Source: an uncultured Eubacteriales bacterium (lineage in GTDB: Bacteria; Bacillota; Clostridia; Oscillospirales; Acutalibacteraceae). From it: DNA of 64,000 bases. The DNA is taken from contig CAKSQT010000001.1 of the NCBI GenBank assembly GCA_934486755.1, positions 2,226 to 66,225 of the forward strand, written 5' to 3'. The translations under genes were made by a program, and so were the position numbers. The notes below the pieces were generated by a model that did no database searches, had not been told where the DNA came from, and saw nothing but the letters and a program-made list of their open reading frames with translations. Shown piece by piece: positions 58,680 through 64,000 of this stretch (position 1 is its first letter; each line of letters starts with the position of its first letter).

Positions 58680-59375
58680 TTAAGCGCCGAACTTAGCAAC
58701 ATTGAGCTTTATTCCAGGGCCCATTGTTGTTGCGATAACGCAGGACTTGATATACTGTCCCTTAGTTGCGGCAGGCTTAGCCTTAATTATTGCGCCCATA
58801 AGAGCGTCAAAGTTTTCCTGCAACTTTTCAGCGCCGAAAGAAACCTTGCCTATGGGGCAGTGAATGATGTTTGTCTTGTCAAGTCGGTATTCAATCTTAC
58901 CAGCCTTAGCTTCGGTAACAGCCTTAGCAACGTCGGGGGTTACTGTGCCTGCCTTAGGAGTAGGCATAAGTCCGCGGGGTCCTAAGAATTTACCGAGACG
59001 TCCTACAACACCCATCATATCAGGTGTTGCGATAACAACATCAAAATCGAGCCAGTTTTCGTTCTGAATCTTAGCAACAAGCTCCTCAGCGCCTACAAAA
59101 TCAGCGCCTGCTTCTTTTGCAGCGTCAGCCTTGTCGCCCTTTGCGAAAACGAGGGTCTTAACAGTTTTACCTGTTCCGTTCGGAAGAACAACGGCGCCTC
59201 TTACCTGCTGGTCAGCGTGTCTTGAGTCAACGCCGAGACGTACGTGAATTTCTACCGTTTCATCAAATTTGGCAGTTCCTGTCTTAACAGCGACAGCAAC
59301 GGCTTCCTCAGCGTCATAGAGCTTACCTGTTTCGATGAGCTTTGCGCTGTCATTATACTTTTTACCGTGTTTCAT
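58680..59375 (-). CDS. rplA: 50S ribosomal protein L1
   Basis: '[20 protein letters not shown]' and overall L1 family match. 231 aa. Confidence 0.95.
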   Translation of the reverse strand: MKHGKKYNDSAKLIETGKLYDAEEAVAVAVKTGTAKFDETVEIHVRLGVDSRHADQQVRGAVVLPNGTGKTVKTLVFAKGDKADAAKEAGADFVGAEELVAKIQNENWLDFDVVIATPDMMGVVGRLGKFLGPRGLMPTPKAGTVTPDVAKAVTEAKAGKIEYRLDKTNIIHCPIGKVSFGAEKLQENFDALMGAIIKAKPAATKGQYIKSCVIATTMGPGIKLNVAKFGA

Positions 59376-59428
59376 TGTTTACCTCCCAATATGTGGTTAA
59401 ATCGGAATTTTCCTCCCACGAGAGAGAA

Positions 59429-59854
59429 TTAATCGACTACTTCAACGCCCATACTGCGCGCAGTGCCCGCTATCATACTCATAGCAGACTCAATGCTCGC
59501 GGCATTAAGGTCAGGCATTTTTGTTTCAGCGATCTTTTTAACCTGCTCTCTGGTGATTTTGGCAACCTTAGTTTTATTAGGTGTGCCTGATGCACTTTCA
59601 ATACCGCAAGCCTTTTTAATAAGAACCGCTGCGGGCGGAGTCTTAGTAATAAAGCTGAAAGAGCGGTCTGCATAAACAGTAATAACAACCGGAATTATAA
59701 GACCGGCATCGTTCTTGGTTCTTTCGTTGAACTCCTTAGTGAACGCCATAATGTTTACGCCGTGCTGACCGAGGGCGGGACCTACCGGGGGAGCCGGTGT
59801 CGCCTTGCCTGCGGGAATTTGCAGTTTAATGTAGCCTGTGATTTTCTGAGCCAT
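59429..59854 (-). CDS. rplK: 50S ribosomal protein L11
   Basis: '[38 protein letters not shown]' is the canonical L11 N-terminus. Confidence 0.95.
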   Translation of the reverse strand: MAQKITGYIKLQIPAGKATPAPPVGPALGQHGVNIMAFTKEFNERTKNDAGLIIPVVITVYADRSFSFITKTPPAAVLIKKACGIESASGTPNKTKVAKITREQVKKIAETKMPDLNAASIESAMSMIAGTARSMGVEVVD

Positions 59855-60010
59855 TTATTTGCACCTCCATTATTCGTGGTAACAGCGTAGTAATACGCCT
59901 GGCGGAACGGTCATATTCCGTCCCTCCCACCGTGACACCTTAAACCTGTGTCGGGGCATAGGAACGCACAAAAGCGCGCCTTTTAATAAGCATTTCTGCA
60001 TATTAACAAA

Positions 60011-60538
60011 TTATTTGTCAAGGGATATCTGGTCGAGTTCAAGCTCAACAGGGGTTTCCCTTCCGAACATTGAGAGAACAACGCAGACGTTGTTATTCTC
60101 GGTGTCCACCTCTTTAACGATACCACTGTAACCTTCAAGCGGTCCGCTGATGATCTTTACATTATCTCCTGCCGCATAACCGACCTCAACGCTGTGCTTT
60201 TCAACGCCGAGAGCCGCCACTTCATCATCTGTAAGCGGCACGGGCTTAGACGCAGGACCGACAAATCCCGTACATCCTCTGATATTTCTGACAACGTACC
60301 AGCTGTCGTCCGTAACGATCATTTTAATAAGAACATATCCGGGGAAAATCTTGCGTTCGACTTCGCGCTTCTTGTCGTCCTTGATCTCGGTAACCGTTTC
60401 GGTAGGAATTCTGATTTCCTGTATCAGATCCTGCATTCCGCGGCTCTCAACCATAGTGGCAAGATCGCTTGCGACCTTATTTTCGTATCCCGAATAGGTA
60501 TGAACAACATACCATCTTGCTTCGTTGTTTTCAGCCAT
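60011..60538 (-). CDS. nusG: transcription termination/antitermination factor NusG
   Basis: 'WYVVHTYSGYENKV' NGN domain and C-terminal KOW 'GDNVKIISGPLEGYSGIVKEVD'. Confidence 0.9.
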   Translation of the reverse strand: MAENNEARWYVVHTYSGYENKVASDLATMVESRGMQDLIQEIRIPTETVTEIKDDKKREVERKIFPGYVLIKMIVTDDSWYVVRNIRGCTGFVGPASKPVPLTDDEVAALGVEKHSVEVGYAAGDNVKIISGPLEGYSGIVKEVDTENNNVCVVLSMFGRETPVELELDQISLDK

Positions 60539-60557
60539 TTATACCTGCTCCTTCGAC

Positions 60558-61241
60558 TTATGCGCCCAAGATGAGGGTAAGAAGTTGACCGAGACCGTAA
60601 TCTACAAGCCAAATAAACGCGCCGACGATAATGCACATAACCAGAACTATGCCTGTGTTTTTAAGCACTTCTTTGAAGCCGGGCCATACTATCTTTTTGA
60701 TCTCACTCTTATAGTCACGGAAGAAACGGACTATGCGCTTCGGTATGGTAAGTTTTCCGCTTGCCTTAGCTTCAATATGATCGTCTATCAAAAGATAAGC
60801 TATGGCGAGAACGGCAAAAACAAGGATCGCAACAGCCGTCAAAAGTACAAAAGACGAGTACTTCACGGAGGTTACGTCGGGCAACGGACGGGTATCAACA
60901 AACTTCCAAGGATTTGAAAGGGCGATAACCAGCATATATATGCCCGATACCAAGCCGACAGCAGGAGCCGCATAGCGAAGTCCCTTTGCTTTAAAGGAAA
61001 ACGCGCTCATTAACGTGGCGATAACGGTAAGCCAGAAGCAGAACAGAATGTCCGAAGACCTTGCCATATCAACCTCTGCGCCCGCAACCTTGATCTTACT
61101 GCCGAACGCCAACTGCGCGCCGACAAGGTTCACCGTGTTCTCGCCGCTTACTATTGCGGCAAAGCGTGTGAAGAAAAGCACAAGCGCGCCCACGCCGAAA
61201 ACGATAGCGGCAAAGCGGCAAATTTTATTAACAACTTTCAT
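60558..61241 (-). CDS. secE: preprotein translocase subunit SecE, unusually long form (about 160-aa multi-TM N-terminal extension + canonical C-terminal SecE domain)
   Basis: C-terminal 'FFRDYKSEIKKIVWPGFKEVLKNTGIVLVMCIIVGAFIWLVDYGLG' matches the SecE consensus. The ATG at 61239-61241 has GGAGG 8 nt upstream, overlapping the rpmG stop. This supports the full 227-aa reading. Confidence 0.7.
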   Translation of the reverse strand: MKVVNKICRFAAIVFGVGALVLFFTRFAAIVSGENTVNLVGAQLAFGSKIKVAGAEVDMARSSDILFCFWLTVIATLMSAFSFKAKGLRYAAPAVGLVSGIYMLVIALSNPWKFVDTRPLPDVTSVKYSSFVLLTAVAILVFAVLAIAYLLIDDHIEAKASGKLTIPKRIVRFFRDYKSEIKKIVWPGFKEVLKNTGIVLVMCIIVGAFIWLVDYGLGQLLTLILGA

Positions 61242-61252
61242 CGCGCTGCCTC

Positions 61253-61402
61253 CTACTTCGTTTCCTTGTGTAGGGTGTGCTTTTTGCAGAACCTACAGTA
61301 CTTGTTCATTTCAAGTCTATCAGGATCGTTCTTCTTGTTTTTCATTGTGTTGTAGTTGCGTTGTTTGCACTCTGTGCAAGCAAGTGTGATTTTAACTCTC
61401 AT
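61253..61402 (-). CDS. rpmG: 50S ribosomal protein L33
   Basis: 49 aa '[49 protein letters not shown]' with two CxxC pairs. The ORF-track model 61253-61567 is N-terminally over-extended. Confidence 0.9.
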   Translation of the reverse strand: MRVKITLACTECKQRNYNTMKNKKNDPDRLEMNKYCRFCKKHTLHKETK

Positions 61403-61730
61403 AACGGCACCTCCCGCTTTACGGAAATATTTTTTGCTTTTACCTTGGCGGAGCGTTGCCCCGTCGGAAAAGTAAACGCCTCCCTCGGTCCGATCACGCC
61501 GAATGTACCGATACGCAACATATAGTCCGCACCGAAAAGCACCGTACAATATAAGCGATGACCGCAAAAACCGGCTCTTTGCAAAAAAAAAGAACCTTTC
61601 AGAGGTAAAGCCATTATACCATAACCACCCCTAAAAGGTCAAGTGTTTTTTCAGGCAAATTGCATTTTAATTAACTGTGGAAATTAATCGGTCGGTATGG
61701 TAGAATATAAATGAAAAAGGAGGTTTTTAT

Positions 61731-62372
61731 ATGAAAAAGATAATTACTGCCTTAATCGCGGTTATTTTCATCGGCGTTATCGGAACGGCAGGTATAATAG
61801 CCAAAAATCACACTACCGCCGATGAGGATAAATTTTTCACCTCAGCCAAAAAATACAAGAGAGACAAGACGGTGGTTGCCGTCGTTGACAACGAGAAGAT
61901 ATATAAATATCAGGTAGACTTTATGCAGTCGTCACAGCGGCTGTCAAAAGAGAATGCTGAAAAGAACGGTTATGACACTTCCGAAATAACGGTAGACAGC
62001 ACGGACAAAATTCTCAAAAACATTATTAGAGAGACCGTCGCCCTGAACGAAGCAAAACGGCTGAAACTGACCGCAAAATACAGTGACGCCAAAAAATATA
62101 TAACCGAAAATTACAACGCAATGATGTCGGAAGACAGCGAGAATTCGCGTTTTATGAAGCAGTATCTTAGCGAAATGAATTTCAGCGAAAAGGAGTATAT
62201 AAAACAGGCGTCAGAAGCATATCAGGATACCCTTACGCGCACAAACCTGTATAATTATTTTATAAAAGACCGCGAGGGCAGCGAAGAGGAACTGAAATCA
62301 CAATACGAGCAATACCTCGACGAACTCACAGACAAAGCGGATATAGTATACACGAATGTAGAAATCAAATAA
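61731..62372 (+). CDS. membrane-anchored SurA N-terminal-domain-like protein (putative extracytoplasmic chaperone), hypothetical
   Basis: 213 aa with an N-terminal TM (IITALIAVIFIGVIGTAGII). Helical, K/E-rich ectodomain. RBS AAAGGAGG. Confidence 0.35.
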   Translation: MKKIITALIAVIFIGVIGTAGIIAKNHTTADEDKFFTSAKKYKRDKTVVAVVDNEKIYKYQVDFMQSSQRLSKENAEKNGYDTSEITVDSTDKILKNIIRETVALNEAKRLKLTAKYSDAKKYITENYNAMMSEDSENSRFMKQYLSEMNFSEKEYIKQASEAYQDTLTRTNLYNYFIKDREGSEEELKSQYEQYLDELTDKADIVYTNVEIK

Positions 62373-62388
62373 ATTGCAACAAGCACTA

Positions 62389-62426
62389 AGCCGAGGCTCT
62401 TAAAAGAACCTCGGCTGAATTTTTAT
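62389..62426 (+). terminator. rho-independent terminator after 61731-62372
   Basis: AGCCGAGG-ctcttaaaagaa-CCTCGGCT followed by gaatttttat. Confidence 0.55.
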
Positions 62427-63292
62427 ACCAATTTTACGGTTTCTCCCGATTTTACGCACTTAACAACGCTGTCAACGCTTATCCAAACATCAATAAGGGT
62501 CGGGTTATATACGGTGGCTCCGTCGGCGCTGTAAACAAGTCGGTCATACGCCGTTACATAATCGTATATTTCGATATTGGTCGCGTACCAAACGTCTTCC
62601 TTGCCCGACAGCCGCTCGCATATTTTTTCAAGCAGTTCCCAATTGCCGTTATTCTCATACTCAAAGCTGTGACCCCACAGATAGAACAGCTTGGGAGTAA
62701 GCGAAGCCCCGTAGCCTTTATCCTCAATGGCGTTAAACTTTTCTATGTAATCCAAAACGTTCGGATTAACGTGGTGGGCGGTCGGAACCCATGCAAGCCA
62801 ATCGGTCGGCAGTTCAAAGCCGTCGTTATCGGCGCCCAAAGTACGAGAATAGGCAATATCAAGGTCTTTTAGATAGCGCTTTATATTTTCATAATCAGCA
62901 CCGTTTGCGAACGCGGTTATGCCGCTGTCGGGATACGCCATACCTCTTATTATCGTTCCGAACCTCTTTTCAAGTCCGAGACGGCAGTTAAGCACGTCGC
63001 TTATGCCGTCAATAGCGCGCAGTTTTCCCGACGCGCGGTGTTCCTCGCCGTGAACCGCTATTTCGTGACCCGCATTAATAATATTCTCGCGGATTTCCTG
63101 CTCAGTGAGGTGCCATTCGCCGTCCTTTTCGGGTATGAAGCCGTTATTTATGTTGAATGTGCATTTAATGCCGTATTTGTTTAACGTATTCACAAGACGA
63201 ATATCACTGCGGCAACCGTCGTCATAACTGAAAGTGACCGCCTTGCGCAAGCCATTCGGAAATCTCAAAAACTTATACCTCATAAAAATCAC
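62423..63292 (-). CDS. polysaccharide deacetylase family protein (NodB homology domain), cytoplasmic
   Basis: 'KAVTFSYDDGCRSD' (TFDDG-like motif 1) and 'HEIAVHGEEH' (H-x-x-x-H motif 2). No signal peptide. Confidence 0.6.
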   Translation of the reverse strand: MIFMRYKFLRFPNGLRKAVTFSYDDGCRSDIRLVNTLNKYGIKCTFNINNGFIPEKDGEWHLTEQEIRENIINAGHEIAVHGEEHRASGKLRAIDGISDVLNCRLGLEKRFGTIIRGMAYPDSGITAFANGADYENIKRYLKDLDIAYSRTLGADNDGFELPTDWLAWVPTAHHVNPNVLDYIEKFNAIEDKGYGASLTPKLFYLWGHSFEYENNGNWELLEKICERLSGKEDVWYATNIEIYDYVTAYDRLVYSADGATVYNPTLIDVWISVDSVVKCVKSGETVKLV

Positions 63293-63300
63293 CTTTTTAA

Positions 63301-63780
63301 TTATTTATGATAAGCGGAGCCTTCATTGATTTTAAAGCCCCGATATATCTGTTCAAGCAGCATTATTCTAAAAAGCTGGTGCGGAAATGTCATATCCGAC
63401 ACGGACAGGCGTATATCCGCCCTTTTCTTCACCGAATCGGCAAGCCCGTAAGAACTGCCGATTATGAACGTCATACCGCCCGAAGAAAACTGTGCCGACG
63501 ACAGCGTTTTTGCAAAGTTCTCGCTTGACAGCTTTTTACCCTCTATACACATAGCCGCAACGTAGGAGGACTCGGGTATCCTTTTAAAGACAGCCTGTGC
63601 CTCCTTTTCAAGCGCGGAATTTATTTCGTTTTGAGAGGGGTTATCGTTAAGCCGTTCAGGCTCGATTTCAACCACCTGCAACTTGCAATAGCGCGACAGC
63701 CGCTTTAAATATTCGTCCGACGCGTCCTTCAAATATTTTTCTTTTAGCTTTGAAAGGGCTATTATAGTAACCTTTATCAT
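63301..63780 (-). CDS. rlmH: 23S rRNA (pseudouridine1915-N3)-methyltransferase RlmH (SPOUT)
   Basis: 'MIKVTIIALSKLKEKYLKDASDEYLKRLSRYCKLQVVEI' and C-terminal 'SDMTFPHQLFRIMLLEQIYRGFKI' are typical of RlmH. 159 aa. Confidence 0.85.
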   Translation of the reverse strand: MIKVTIIALSKLKEKYLKDASDEYLKRLSRYCKLQVVEIEPERLNDNPSQNEINSALEKEAQAVFKRIPESSYVAAMCIEGKKLSSENFAKTLSSAQFSSGGMTFIIGSSYGLADSVKKRADIRLSVSDMTFPHQLFRIMLLEQIYRGFKINEGSAYHK

Positions 63781-64000
63781 ATAACCGACACCCTGTTCCC
63801 CTCGGGCGACGCAACCGACAGAATATAGTCCCGTCCGTTCTCGGCGCCTATGTCCATAAGCGCCGCCTCAGCCGTTTTCTTCGCCAGCATAGGCACATTG
63901 TTTTTAAGGCTCAAATGGGCAAGTATAAAACGGGTCGTTCCGCTTTTGAGGAGGCTGGGCAATTCACAGGCGCAGGCGTTGTTTGAAATATGTCCCCTTT
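63777..64000 (-). CDS. MBL-fold metallo-hydrolase (YycJ/WalJ-like), 3' end only; gene starts beyond the window
   Basis: C-terminal 'RFILAHLSLKNNVPMLAKKTAEAAL' resembles the conserved 'LVLTHLSKENNxPxLA' end of YycJ-type beta-lactamase-fold proteins. It overlaps the rlmH start by 4 nt. Confidence 0.4.
   Translation of the reverse strand, partial: RGHISNNACACELPSLLKSGTTRFILAHLSLKNNVPMLAKKTAEAALMDIGAENGRDYILSVASPEGNRVSVI

Noticed and set aside
59855-60010. Possible L11/L1 autoregulatory mRNA leader between nusG and rplK
   Set aside because: The position is right and the region contains GGGAGGGACGG-like purine runs. I could not convincingly fold the L1-binding rRNA mimic by eye, so this is left unannotated.
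61403-61730. Expected tRNA gene between rpmG and secE, or upstream of rpmG
   Set aside because: rpmG and secE are separated by only 11 nt. The upstream 330 nt lack cloverleaf-compatible GTTC/acceptor pairing. The ORF-track model 61253-61567 is simply an over-extended rpmG.
1-64000. Defence islands, prophage, integrase/transposase genes, toxin-antitoxin pairs
   Set aside because: No recognisable nuclease, helicase, integrase, transposase, methyltransferase-restriction pair or phage structural signature was found among the translated ORFs. The only mobile-looking feature is the non-autonomous repeat element.

Overview
This 64 kb window looks like chromosomal DNA from a cellulosome-type Clostridia (Ruminococcus/Oscillospiraceae-like, roughly 50% GC by eye). 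Nearly every gene is on the minus strand.

The left ~34.5 kb is an accessory carbohydrate-capture region. It contains two paralogous about 8.6 kb cassettes at 821-9401 and 25736-34526. Each cassette encodes a GLUG-type beta-helix surface protein with a C-terminal TM anchor, an LplABC-type sugar ABC transporter (LplB and LplC permeases plus an LplA lipoprotein, no ATPase gene), a type I membrane protein with an N-terminal cohesin-like domain, and a two-domain LamG/DUF1080-like beta-sandwich protein.

Between the cassettes lie a cytoplasmic clan GH-A glycoside hydrolase, an AraC-family regulator flanked by repeated ATTGCAAAA operator-like boxes, a Ser-rich lipoprotein, a 1103-aa secreted multidomain protein bracketed by two 43-aa small ORFs, a YesM/YesN-type two-component system, and an 1825-aa protein with a type I dockerin. 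That dockerin protein sits directly downstream of cassette 2 and is probably co-transcribed with it.

A structured MITE-like repeat of about 200-400 bp occurs twice, at 16601-17005 and 55165-55444. It has 15-bp terminal inverted repeats, five hairpins and flanking 7-bp tandem arrays. Both copies lie upstream of minus-strand genes next to two-component systems.

The right half is mostly housekeeping. It holds a copA-csoR-copZ operon with a clear sigma-A promoter and CsoR box, then plsC-like, LCP, rsmI, trmN6-like, cysS, cysE, pgsA, rimO, recX, recA, prmC, a DUF1385 gene, an OmpR-type two-component system with an FG-GAP lipoprotein, a second dockerin protein (BspA-type LRR, AT-rich), rplA, rplK, nusG, a long secE, rpmG, a polysaccharide deacetylase and rlmH.

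No CRISPR array, rRNA or tRNA gene, prophage or recognisable defence system was seen. ORF-track coordinates include the stop codon.
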